DNA of 64,000 nt from Selenomonadaceae bacterium. GTDB lineage: Bacteria > Bacillota > Negativicutes > Selenomonadales > Selenomonadaceae. Shown here piece after piece: positions 29,500 through 37,527 of the stretch. The position numbers and the translations under genes are program-made. Numbering within the stretch: position 1 is the first letter of the stretch; every line of letters starts with the position of its first letter. The stretch spans positions 1,574 through 65,573 of the forward strand of contig JAZLHW010000048.1 of the NCBI GenBank assembly GCA_045617105.1, read 5' to 3'. The notes below the pieces were generated by a model. It ran no database searches. It was not told the DNA's origin and saw nothing but the letters and a program-made list of their open reading frames with translations.

Positions 29500-29808
29500 T
29501 TTTCCACAGCCTTGTCCACAAGTGTGGATAAATTGTTCCAAAAGAAAACGTATCCGAAAAAAAATTACAAGACCAAGAGACGGGAATCTCAAGAATCATT
29601 GCAATAATCGGGCATGGAAAGATTTGTGGAAATGTGGATAATATTGTGGATAAGGATCCTTTTATGTGGACAATATGTGTCTTGCTTTGCATACGTCCAA
29701 GGAATCCTTCTAGGTTCTCTAAAATGTGCAAGAATATATTAACAAAATTAAAGAAAGTTATCAACAGTTTTTTGGGGAAATACACTTGCAAAACCAATTC
29801 TATCCACA
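29500..29808. other. oriC part 1 / dnaA promoter region: cluster of DnaA boxes
   Basis: TTTTCCACA 29500-08, TTGTCCACA 29512-20, TGTGGATAA 29523-31, TGTGGAAAT 29625-33, TGTGGATAA 29633-41, TGTGGATAA 29645-53, TGTGGACAA 29665-73 and CTATCCACA 29800-08. The consensus is TTATCCACA/TGTGGATAA. Confidence 0.85.
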
Positions 29809-29817
29809 GTTTATTGC

Positions 29818-29846
29818 TTGACACTCTAAGATAGCTAGTCTATAAT
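29818..29846 (+). promoter_or_regulatory. Consensus sigma-70/SigA promoter of the rpmH-rnpA operon
   Basis: TTGACA (29818-29823), a 17-nt spacer, then TATAAT (29841-29846). It lies about 70 nt upstream of rpmH. Confidence 0.75.
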
Positions 29847-29918
29847 TTGACGTAGTAAAATTCTTGGGAGTATGCTCCTTTGGGTTTACCTCATAAGTAT
29901 TAAGGAGGTGTTGAGGTA

Positions 29919-30053
29919 ATGAAACAGACTTATCAGCCGAATAACCATTGGCGTAAAAAGACGCACGGCTTTCGTGAGCGCATGAAGACAAAGGGAGGCC
30001 GTCTTGTTATCAAGAGAAGACGCCAGCGTGGCAGAAAGAAGCTTACGGCATAA
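29919..30053 (+). CDS. rpmH: 50S ribosomal protein L34
   Basis: Not in the ORF track (44 aa). AAGGAGG lies upstream of the ATG at 29919. The product is [44 protein letters not shown]. Confidence 0.95.
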   Translation: MKQTYQPNNHWRKKTHGFRERMKTKGGRLVIKRRRQRGRKKLTA

Positions 30054-30060
30054 TTCGTAC

Positions 30061-30083
30061 AGGTCACTGCGGTGGCCTTTTTT
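30061..30083 (+). terminator. Short hairpin plus T-run between rpmH and rnpA (attenuating terminator)
   Basis: AGGTCAC-tgcg-GTGGCCT followed by TTTTT. The stem is 7 bp including one G-U pair. Confidence 0.5.
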
Positions 30084-30131
30084 CCGTTTCATGGAGAATC
30101 CTTCTGTGGTTCATTTTTTGAGAGGAAGTTT

Positions 30132-30491
30132 ATGTTGAAGTTACCAAAGCGAAAGATTCTCCGCCAGAGGAAGGAATTTCAGACTGTCTATCATTGTGGG
30201 AAATCTTATGCAAACCGATATTTAGTGCTTTACGTCTTTCCAACAGAGGAGATGGCAGGGAAGGTTGGCTTTGCGGCTGGCAAGAAGCTTGGCTGTGCAG
30301 TAGTGCGCAACAGGGTAAAAAGGCTGCTTCGTGAAACCTATCGTCTGCATCAAAAGAAAATTTGCTCTGGAGCTGCTTTGATCTTGGTTGGAAGACGTGC
30401 CTTGGTAAATGAAAAGTGTGCTGTGGCGCAAAAGGCTTTTCTGCAGGTGGGGAGGAAAGCCAGAATTTTTCAGGAGGAAGATGAGAAGTGA
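30132..30491 (+). CDS. rnpA: Ribonuclease P protein component
   Basis: Trimmed to the ATG at 30132 ([20 protein letters not shown]...). Basic RNase P protein signature ([11 protein letters not shown]). It is downstream of rpmH. Confidence 0.9.
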   Translation: MLKLPKRKILRQRKEFQTVYHCGKSYANRYLVLYVFPTEEMAGKVGFAAGKKLGCAVVRNRVKRLLRETYRLHQKKICSGAALILVGRRALVNEKCAVAQKAFLQVGRKARIFQEEDEK

Positions 30492-30697
30492 AAAGGGCTG
30501 TTCTTTTTTTGATACGTTTTTATCGGTCGTATCTTTCTCCCTTGAAGCCCCCTTCCTGCCGGTATATTCCTACTTGTTCGGAATATGCGATGGTTGCTAT
30601 AGAAAAATACGGGATCTGCAAGGGTGGATGGATGGCATGCAGGCGTTTGCTGCGGTGTCACCCGTTTCACAAGGGCGGTTACGATCCTGTGCCATAA
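30488..30697 (+). CDS. yidD: Membrane protein insertion efficiency factor YidD
   Basis: 69 aa. The YidD signature is [20 protein letters not shown]...[17 protein letters not shown]. The GTG start overlaps the rnpA stop. Confidence 0.9.
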   Translation: MKRAVLFLIRFYRSYLSPLKPPSCRYIPTCSEYAMVAIEKYGICKGGWMACRRLLRCHPFHKGGYDPVP

Positions 30698-30731
30698 ATG
30701 TTGCTAGTATTTTGAATTAGGATGTGATGAG

Positions 30732-31415
30732 TTGGAACCAGGGATTATTGCAGGTATTCTTTCGCCGATTACGGGCCTTTTGTCGCTTGTATTGACGGCA
30801 TTGTATACGCTTACTGATATGATGGGGGTTGCAAGCATAGGCTTGTCCATTATTCTTTTGACAGTGCTTATCAAGATGCTGCTCTATCCATTGACGGTCA
30901 AGCAGGTCAAGTCAATGAAGGCAATGCAGGAATTAAGTCCAAAAATGAAGAAGATTCAGGAGAAGTACAAGAACGATCCGAAGCTGATGCAGCAGAAGGT
31001 AGGGGAACTCTACCAAAACGCAGGCGTAAATCCTTTGGCTGGCTGTTTGCCTCTTTTTATACAAATGCCGATTTTGATGGCGATGTATTGGGCTCTTTTC
31101 AGCTTTGATTATGCAAGCGTTGGAGGAACGGCTTCCTTTGCTTGGTTACCAAATCTTTCGGAGCCGGATCCCATTTATGTTTTGCCGATTTTGTCTGCAT
31201 TGACAACGTTCTTGCAGCAGAAGCAGACCACGACGGAAATGACACAGCAGATGAAGATCATGATGACAGTGATGCCTATTTTCGTGGGTTGGATCAGCAT
31301 AAACTTTCCTTCCGGACTTGTCCTTTACTGGGTTACGATGAATATTGTGCAGATAGCGCAGCAGTGGTGGATGTTCCGAAAGGATGAAAAGGAAAGCAAG
31401 AAGGGGGCTGCTTGA
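30732..31415 (+). CDS. yidC: YidC/Oxa1-family membrane insertase
   Basis: 227 aa. Motifs LIKMLLYPLTVKQVKSMKAMQELSPKMKKIQEKYKNDP, GCLPLFIQMPILMAMY and PSGLVLYWVTMN. Confidence 0.9.
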   Translation: MEPGIIAGILSPITGLLSLVLTALYTLTDMMGVASIGLSIILLTVLIKMLLYPLTVKQVKSMKAMQELSPKMKKIQEKYKNDPKLMQQKVGELYQNAGVNPLAGCLPLFIQMPILMAMYWALFSFDYASVGGTASFAWLPNLSEPDPIYVLPILSALTTFLQQKQTTTEMTQQMKIMMTVMPIFVGWISINFPSGLVLYWVTMNIVQIAQQWWMFRKDEKESKKGAA

Positions 31416-31416
31416 T

Positions 31417-32193
31417 ATGGCCAAGGCTTTGGAAAAGACGGGAAAGACCGTGGAAGAAGCTATCCAATCGGCACTTTTGGAGTTGGGATGCTCTAAGGAG
31501 CAGGTGGAATGTGAGATTTTAGAACAGCCGTCTAAAGGTTTTTTGGGGCTTATTGGTGCAAAGCCAGCTCGCGTCAAGGTGACGGTAAAGGAAATGGAAG
31601 AAAAGACGGACTGCATGGAAAAAGAGATTTCTGGGACTGCTGAGGATTCCGTGGAGATCGCAGAGGAGGAGCAGGCTCCTGCAAGCGAGACAGATGTATC
31701 TTCCTTGGGATTGGAACGGGCAGAGAAGTTCCTTTCGGAGCTTTTCCTTGCCATGAACATAGAGGTCAAGATGAATGGCAGACAGACAGAGGACGGATAT
31801 GTTTTTGAGCTGGCAGGGAAGGAGATCGGCGTTCTGATTGGGAAGCATGGGCAGACCTTGGATTCCCTTCAGTATCTTGTGAACCTTGCGGCAAATCGAG
31901 GTATGACGGAGGATAGAGTCCGCATTATTCTCGATGTGGAAAATTATCGTTCCCGCAGGGAGGAGACCTTGAACCGTCTGGCAAATCGCTTGGCGGAGAA
32001 GGCAGTCCGTATGCGCCAGTCCATCAAGCTGGAGCCGATGAACCGTCACGAGCGCAAGATAATCCATGTGGCGCTGCAGGACAATCATCGAGTGATTACG
32101 ACAAGCGAGGGCGATGAGCCGTACCGTTATATCGTGATCGTTCCGAAACGTGGAGGAAATCGCTTTCGGGAAAGATCTGAGGAAATCGAATAA
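31417..32193 (+). CDS. jag: Jag/KhpB RNA-binding protein (Jag-N, KH, R3H domains)
   Basis: Trimmed to the ATG at 31417, 1 nt after the yidC stop. MAKALEKTGKTVEEAIQSALLELG (Jag_N), IGKHGQTLDSLQYL (KH) and EPMNRHERKIIHVAL (R3H). Confidence 0.88.
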   Translation: MAKALEKTGKTVEEAIQSALLELGCSKEQVECEILEQPSKGFLGLIGAKPARVKVTVKEMEEKTDCMEKEISGTAEDSVEIAEEEQAPASETDVSSLGLERAEKFLSELFLAMNIEVKMNGRQTEDGYVFELAGKEIGVLIGKHGQTLDSLQYLVNLAANRGMTEDRVRIILDVENYRSRREETLNRLANRLAEKAVRMRQSIKLEPMNRHERKIIHVALQDNHRVITTSEGDEPYRYIVIVPKRGGNRFRERSEEIE

Positions 32194-32246
32194 TTTTTTT
32201 AGAGAGCTGTGAAAGGGCTGTCCGTTCTTGGGCGGTCCTTTTTTCT

Positions 32247-33650
32247 ATGAAGATAAAGGAGATGGAAGGTTTGCAGGGGGATACCATCAGTGCAGCTGCT
32301 ACTTCGGCAGGCGAGGCAGGCATTGGAATTGTAAGAATCAGTGGCGAGAAGGCAATAGAGGTTGCAGAGCGTGTATTTTGTCCAGTTAGGGATAGGAGCT
32401 TGAGAGAAATAGGATCGTATCGTGCCGTTTATGGGAAAATTGTGGACGAGGACGGGGAAATCGTAGATGAAGCAATCGCTCTTGTCATGAAAGCGCCTCA
32501 CTCCTATACTATGGAAGACGTAGTTGAATTGCAGTGCCATGGCGGGCGTATGCCGCTCCAAAAGACGTTGGCACTTACCTATGCCGCAGGTGCACGTCCT
32601 GCAGAGAGGGGAGAATTTACCAAGCGGGCATTTTTGAATGGACGGCTGGATCTTGCGCAGGCACAGGCGGTTATGGACGTGATCCAATCGAAGACGGAAG
32701 CGTCCCTTCGAATGGCGGCAGGGCATTTGACGGGGAGGCTTTCCAAGAAGGTATCAGAGCTTCGGCATAGGATCTTGGAGCAAATTGCGCATTTGGAGGC
32801 CGCCATTGATTTTCCGGAGGACGAGGTGGATTCCATTGTCAGGGATAAGGTGCGTCAAAATGTGGTTGCGTATGTCAATGATTTAGATGAGCTGCTGAAA
32901 ACAGCAAGGACAGGGAGAATTTTACGGGAAGGGCTGACAACGGCAATCATTGGGAAGCCGAATGTCGGAAAGTCAAGTCTTTTGAATGCTTTGCTGCATG
33001 AGGAACGGGCTATCGTTACGGAGATTCCGGGGACAACGCGTGACAGTATCGAGGAATATGCAGAAGTGGGAGGAGTGCCGCTTCGCATCATAGATACGGC
33101 GGGGATTCGAACAACGGAGGATAGGGTAGAACGAATTGGCGTGGAGAGGTCGAGGGAATATGCAGAACAGGCTTCTTTGATTTTGGCTCTTTTTGATGGT
33201 TCTTCGGATCTTACGGCAGAGGACGAGGAGATCATGAAGCTGCTTGATGGACGAGAGGCGATCCTTTTGGTTACGAAAAATGATCTGATGCCTGTATTCC
33301 CCTCTGAGATGCTGCAGGAGAGGTTTTCGTCCTTTCCGCTATGTTTTATATCAACAAAGGAAGAAACGGGGCTTACAGAGCTTGCTGAGTTGATTCGCCA
33401 AAAGGTCTATGGTGATGAGTTATCCACAGATAATACCTGTTTTGTGGATAACGAACGTCAAGCCTATCTGCTTGGTGAAGCGAAGAAGCATTTGGAGGCA
33501 GCACTCCAGACCATAGATATGGAAATGGGAGAGGATTTTATTTCTATAGACCTTCGTTCTGCTTGGGAAAAGCTTGGAGAACTCACCGGGGAAACAGCAG
33601 GAGAGGATATTATCGATCAGATATTTTCTCGATTTTGTATTGGAAAATAG
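32247..33650 (+). CDS. mnmE: tRNA modification GTPase MnmE
   Basis: [23 protein letters not shown]-domain [14 protein letters not shown] / DTAGIR, and the C-terminal FCIGK. The start may be the ATG 15 nt downstream (MEGLQGDTI...). Confidence 0.93.
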   Translation: MKIKEMEGLQGDTISAAATSAGEAGIGIVRISGEKAIEVAERVFCPVRDRSLREIGSYRAVYGKIVDEDGEIVDEAIALVMKAPHSYTMEDVVELQCHGGRMPLQKTLALTYAAGARPAERGEFTKRAFLNGRLDLAQAQAVMDVIQSKTEASLRMAAGHLTGRLSKKVSELRHRILEQIAHLEAAIDFPEDEVDSIVRDKVRQNVVAYVNDLDELLKTARTGRILREGLTTAIIGKPNVGKSSLLNALLHEERAIVTEIPGTTRDSIEEYAEVGGVPLRIIDTAGIRTTEDRVERIGVERSREYAEQASLILALFDGSSDLTAEDEEIMKLLDGREAILLVTKNDLMPVFPSEMLQERFSSFPLCFISTKEETGLTELAELIRQKVYGDELSTDNTCFVDNERQAYLLGEAKKHLEAALQTIDMEMGEDFISIDLRSAWEKLGELTGETAGEDIIDQIFSRFCIGK

Positions 33651-33661
33651 GAGGGATTGCA

Positions 33662-35548
33662 TTGTTTACGGCAGGAAAATATGATGTTATTGTGATTGGT
33701 GCAGGACACGCAGGCGTGGAGGCAGCACTGGCTGCTGCGAGAATCGGCTGCAGGACGCTTTTGGCAACGCTTTCGATGGACAATATTGCTATGATGCCGT
33801 GCAATCCATCGGTAGGAGGACCTGCCAAGGGGCATTTGGTAAGAGAGGTGGATGCCCTTGGAGGGGAAATGGGAATCAATGCGGATAAAACCTGTATTCA
33901 GTATCGAATGCTTAACACGGGAAAAGGCCCTGCGGTACATGCTCTGAGAGCGCAGGCAGACAAGAAGCTTTATCAGCTTGCTATGAAGGAAACCTGCGAG
34001 AATACAGAAAATCTTGATATAAAGCAGATTTTAGTGGAAAGGCTTTTGGTGGAAGAAGGCGAGATCAAGGGCGTGGAAATTGAGACTGGTGAGGTGTATC
34101 TGGCACCTGCAGTCATTTTAGCGACGGGAACGTATCTCAAGGGGCGTATTATTATTGGAGAAAAGACCTATGAGGGAGGACCGAATGGGCAAAGAGCGGC
34201 AAGGAAGCTTTCCGAGTCGCTTGCAGAAAATGGGATAAGGCTCATGCGTTTCAAGACGGGAACGCCGGCGAGAGTGGATGCCCGTACCTTGGATTACAGT
34301 AAAATGAGTCTTCAGCCGGGAGATGAAGAATGCCGCAATTTTTCCTTTATGAGCGATGTCCAGACAAGGGAACAGGTTCCTTGCTGGCTGACGTACACGA
34401 ATGAAAAAACGCATCGTATTTTGCTCGATAATATGCATCGTGCGCCGATGGCAAATGGCATAATTGAGGGAATTGGGCCAAGGTACTGCCCATCTATTGA
34501 GTCAAAGCTCCTGAGATTTCCTGATAAGGAAAGGCATCAGCTCTTTTTGGAACCGGAGGGGCTGCATACGAATGAGGTTTATGTGCAGGGAATGTCAACG
34601 AGTATGCCGATGGATGTACAGCTGGATTTCCTGCATACGATTCCAGGACTGGAGAATGTGAAGGTAATGCGTGCAGGCTATGCCATTGAATATGACTGTA
34701 TCGATCCATTGCAGCTGAAGCCGACCTTGGAATTCAAGTCGATCAAAGGATTTTTTTCCGCTGGGCAGTCTAATGGAACGTCAGGCTATGAGGAAGCTGC
34801 GGCGCAGGGAATTCTTGCCGGCATCAACGCAGCAAGGCTGGTCAAGGGGGAGGAGCCGCTCATTATCAAGCGTTCTGAGGGATATATTGGTGTTCTCATT
34901 GACGATCTTGTGACGAAGGGAACGGAAGAACCGTACCGTATCATGACATCGAGGGCAGAATATCGCTTGATCTTGCGTCAGGATAATGCAGACCAAAGGC
35001 TGACACCGCTTGGCAGGAAGGTTGGGCTTGTGAAAGATGACCGATGGGAACGCTTTACGAAAAAGCAGGAGAAAATACAGGAGACACTTTCCATGCTGGC
35101 AAAGCGAAGCCTGCAGCCGAGCCAAGCGGTCAACGAGCTGTTGGAATCCAAGGGAATCGCCGCAATTCGCAATACGACAAGCCTTGTAGAATTGCTTCGC
35201 CGTCCTAATGTGAGTTATGACATATTGCAGGAAATGCTGGAACTTCCTTCGCTGGACGATGAGGTGAAAAAGCAGGCAGAGATCTCCATTTTCTATGAAG
35301 GATACATCAAAAAACAGATGGAGCAGGTAGAGCGTATGGAAAAGCTGGAAAACAAGCTTTTGCCGGAGGGGTTGGATTATGGGAAAATAACAAGCCTGCG
35401 TGACGAGGCAAGGGAAAAGCTTTCTGCCATTCGTCCTCGTTCCGTGGGACAGGCAGGCAGGATCTCAGGAGTATCGCCTGCGGATGTATCTGTTTTGCTT
35501 GTTTACTTGGAGAAGGAACGCAGGGAAAGGAGTGCAGGATCATGCTGA
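33662..35548 (+). CDS. mnmG: tRNA uridine 5-carboxymethylaminomethyl modification enzyme MnmG (GidA)
   Basis: Trimmed to the TTG at 33662, with AGGAGGG 6 nt upstream. [24 protein letters not shown] motif and high overall MnmG similarity. Confidence 0.93.
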   Translation: MFTAGKYDVIVIGAGHAGVEAALAAARIGCRTLLATLSMDNIAMMPCNPSVGGPAKGHLVREVDALGGEMGINADKTCIQYRMLNTGKGPAVHALRAQADKKLYQLAMKETCENTENLDIKQILVERLLVEEGEIKGVEIETGEVYLAPAVILATGTYLKGRIIIGEKTYEGGPNGQRAARKLSESLAENGIRLMRFKTGTPARVDARTLDYSKMSLQPGDEECRNFSFMSDVQTREQVPCWLTYTNEKTHRILLDNMHRAPMANGIIEGIGPRYCPSIESKLLRFPDKERHQLFLEPEGLHTNEVYVQGMSTSMPMDVQLDFLHTIPGLENVKVMRAGYAIEYDCIDPLQLKPTLEFKSIKGFFSAGQSNGTSGYEEAAAQGILAGINAARLVKGEEPLIIKRSEGYIGVLIDDLVTKGTEEPYRIMTSRAEYRLILRQDNADQRLTPLGRKVGLVKDDRWERFTKKQEKIQETLSMLAKRSLQPSQAVNELLESKGIAAIRNTTSLVELLRRPNVSYDILQEMLELPSLDDEVKKQAEISIFYEGYIKKQMEQVERMEKLENKLLPEGLDYGKITSLRDEAREKLSAIRPRSVGQAGRISGVSPADVSVLLVYLEKERRERSAGSC

Positions 35549-36258
35549 TAGAGGAACTAAAGGCAGCGGCAGAGGAATATGGAATCATTCTCTCAGAAAA
35601 GCAGCTGGTGCAGTTTGACTGCTATTATAGGCTGTTGCTGGAATGGAACGAGAAAATGAACCTGACTGCCATAACGGAGGCAGGAGAGGTTGCTGTCAAG
35701 CACATGATCGATTCCCTGACAGCTTATGACGAAAAATTGTTTTTTAAGGGAGCAAGCCTTTTAGATGTAGGAACTGGTGCAGGCTTTCCAGGAATTCCGC
35801 TGAAAATTTTTTGCCCTGATCTGAAGCTGACCTTGATGGATTCCCTGAACAAGAGGGTGAAATTCCTTCAAGCCGTGACGGAGGAATTGGAGCTGAAGGA
35901 AGTATCCTGCGTTCATGCCCGTGCTGAGGAGGGAGCCAGAAATAAGGCATATCGGGAAGGGTTTGATATCGTGACCTCCCGTGCGGTAGCAAGGCTTCCG
36001 GTTCTCGCAGAATATTGCCTTCCCTTCGTGAAGAAGAATGGCTTCTTCCTTGCCCTCAAAGGGATGCAGTTTGCTGAAGAAGCGGAAGAAGCAAAGAAAG
36101 CCATCAGGATTCTTGGCGGAGAGCTTGCGGAGATCCGTTCCGTCAAGCTCCCCGGATTGGACGATGTACGGGCAGTTATTTGTATAAAGAAAACAGGAAA
36201 AACACCAAAGGAATATCCCAGAAAGGCAGGAACACCAGTAAAAAAACCGATTGGATAA
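35542..36258 (+). CDS. rsmG: 16S rRNA (guanine527-N7)-methyltransferase RsmG (GidB)
   Basis: 238 aa. [10 protein letters not shown]..., the SAM motif [17 protein letters not shown], and VTSRAVA. Confidence 0.92.
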   Translation: MLIEELKAAAEEYGIILSEKQLVQFDCYYRLLLEWNEKMNLTAITEAGEVAVKHMIDSLTAYDEKLFFKGASLLDVGTGAGFPGIPLKIFCPDLKLTLMDSLNKRVKFLQAVTEELELKEVSCVHARAEEGARNKAYREGFDIVTSRAVARLPVLAEYCLPFVKKNGFFLALKGMQFAEEAEEAKKAIRILGGELAEIRSVKLPGLDDVRAVICIKKTGKTPKEYPRKAGTPVKKPIG

Positions 36259-36296
36259 TTAGGAAAACAGAGGCAAGCCATGTTGAACACAGAGAA

Positions 36297-36339
36297 GAAC
36301 CCCCGAAGATCGGCTAAATCTTCGGGGGTTCGCTGTTTC
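36297..36339 (+). terminator. Intrinsic terminator after rsmG
   Basis: GAACCCCCGAAGAT-cggctaa-ATCTTCGGGGGTTC, a 14-bp perfect stem, followed by GCTGTTTC (a weak T-run). Confidence 0.65.
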
Positions 36340-36464
36340 ATGATGAAACTATCCAGTTTCCTAGCTGCGTTCAGCATATCATGTCATTACAACTATTTCA
36401 ATCTTTTAAGCAATTAAAATCAGGATTACTTCATTTATCACTGAAAATAGATTTGCCTTTCTGA

Positions 36465-36616
36465 TAATAACAAAGCTAAGATGTCCCCTTCTTCAACAGC
36501 TTGCTGTAAGTGGGGGAAGCCAAATTTTAACAAGCGGTGAGCATATCTCCCGCTTCGTTGAAACGCAAATTGGAGGGAAAATGCTTACGGCATTTTCTTG
36601 AACAATGGCGTTATAA
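36465..36616 (+). repeat. ~152-nt intergenic repeat element, copy 1
   Basis: Near-identical to 61831-61983 (same orientation) and 47807-47957 (reverse orientation). The ends are short imperfect inverted repeats (TAATAACA ... CGTTATAA). There is an internal 8-bp hairpin, GAAAATGC-ttacg-GCATTTTC. Confidence 0.85.
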
Positions 36617-36674
36617 ATAGTTTGGTATATCACAGAATGGAACGGATCCTGTCAGAGTCAAGCTTTCTCTCTAA

Positions 36675-36980
36675 TCAGCCCTGAACCAATTTCATTGCTT
36701 TTGCCAGCACCTTATCCCCTCGGATCATGCCATAATCACGCATATCTATAACATCGACAGGGCAGCGATCTGCAACGATACCCTTGACATCATTGAGCAT
36801 ATGACGAATCTGTGGACCGAGCAAGACAACATCCGCATTGTCAACCCTCTGATCCAGCACCTCCACAGAAAATGCCTCAATGGTCATGTTCGTGCAGCCT
36901 TGCTTTTCTGCTGCCTCCTGCATCTTTTTTACCAAAATCGACGTAGACATACCTGCATTGCAAACCAAGTAAATATTCAT
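36675..36980 (-). CDS. PTS EIIB component, lactose/cellobiose family
   Basis: Trimmed to the ATG at 36980, with AGGAGG 8 nt upstream. MNIYLVCNAGMSTSILVKKMQEAA carries the catalytic Cys in the LVCxxGMSTS context. No EIIC or EIIA gene is adjacent. Confidence 0.8.
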   Translation of the reverse strand: MNIYLVCNAGMSTSILVKKMQEAAEKQGCTNMTIEAFSVEVLDQRVDNADVVLLGPQIRHMLNDVKGIVADRCPVDVIDMRDYGMIRGDKVLAKAMKLVQG

Positions 36981-37140
36981 TTCATCTTCCTCCTGTTTCA
37001 TGGGATTACGTTCTGTTTACATTTCTTATTATAAGCAAAAATCCCCGTCTTGTCAATAAAAGATATATCAAATAAAAAATAAAACATATTCGTATTTTAT
37101 TGTATATATCTTTTAAAATCAATATATGCTTTATTCATTT

Positions 37141-37180
37141 AAAAACAGCACCCCCATACCCAGATCGGTACGGGAGTACT
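37141..37180 (-). terminator. Intrinsic terminator after csoR
   Basis: Minus strand AGTACTCCCGTACC-gatctg-GGTATGGGGGTGCT (14 bp including G-U pairs), followed by GTTTTT. Confidence 0.65.
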
Positions 37181-37190
37181 ATTTTTCGTC

Positions 37191-37505
37191 TTAGCGAATA
37201 AATCGGTCAATCGCCTCATTCAGCTGCTCCAAGGATTCCTTGTCCCCTGCCTGCACGGCATCGACAATGCAATGCTCCATGTGATCCTTCAAAATAATCT
37301 TTCCCACATTTTGCAGTGCGGCTTCCACGGCGGAAATTTGCACCAGCACCTCTGCGCAATCCCGCCCGTCCTCGACCATTTTTTTTACCGAACTCATGTG
37401 CCCGATAATACGAGCCATACGGTTCAGCACCGCCTTGGTCTGCGTGTGGGAATGTACATGGCGAATCCTTGTTCCATCTGCTAAAACATGTTCATGTTCT
37501 TCCAT
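37191..37505 (-). CDS. csoR: CsoR/RcnR-family metal-sensing transcriptional repressor
   Basis: 104 aa. DUF156 fold signature NRMARIIGHMSSVKKMVEDGRDCAEVLVQISAV...HMEHC. The Cys-His-Cys ligand set is as in Cu(I)-sensing CsoR. AAGGAG lies 5 nt upstream of the ATG, and the gene starts 22 nt after the ileS stop. Confidence 0.8.
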   Translation of the reverse strand: MEEHEHVLADGTRIRHVHSHTQTKAVLNRMARIIGHMSSVKKMVEDGRDCAEVLVQISAVEAALQNVGKIILKDHMEHCIVDAVQAGDKESLEQLNEAIDRFIR

Positions 37506-37527
37506 GTAGTCTCCTTGAACAAATATC

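Noticed and set aside
29321-29824. 167-aa minus-strand ORF, and the 5' extension of dnaA (29451..29519), covering the dnaA upstream region
   Set aside because: The region is packed with DnaA boxes and AT-rich spacers, has no RBS, and translates to low-complexity sequence. I interpret it as non-coding oriC/promoter DNA.
36481-36620. Two tiny coupled ORFs inside every repeat copy (19 aa MSPSSTACCKWGKPNFNKR, then a GTG-start ORF overlapping its stop) and the 83-aa ORF 61904..62155
   Set aside because: There is no Shine-Dalgarno sequence before the first ATG. The second ORF ends at different places in each copy, because its tail lies outside the repeat. With about 97% nucleotide identity, the few substitutions cannot show purifying selection. 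They are mentioned only as something to test.
36590-36620. Possible outward-facing promoter at the right end of intact repeat copies (TTGAAC ... TATAAA/T)
   Set aside because: TTGAAC is only 8 nt from the TATAA(A/T) element. At proper 17-18-nt spacing the -35 would be CGGCAT/TGGCAT, which is poor. Only the degenerate copy at 43.07 kb has a good -35.
37146-37180. GC-rich pseudo-palindrome (CCCATACC...GGTACGGG) as a possible CsoR operator
   Set aside because: It lies downstream of csoR rather than in a promoter. It folds into a 14-bp hairpin followed by a T-run on the coding strand, so it is better explained as the csoR terminator.
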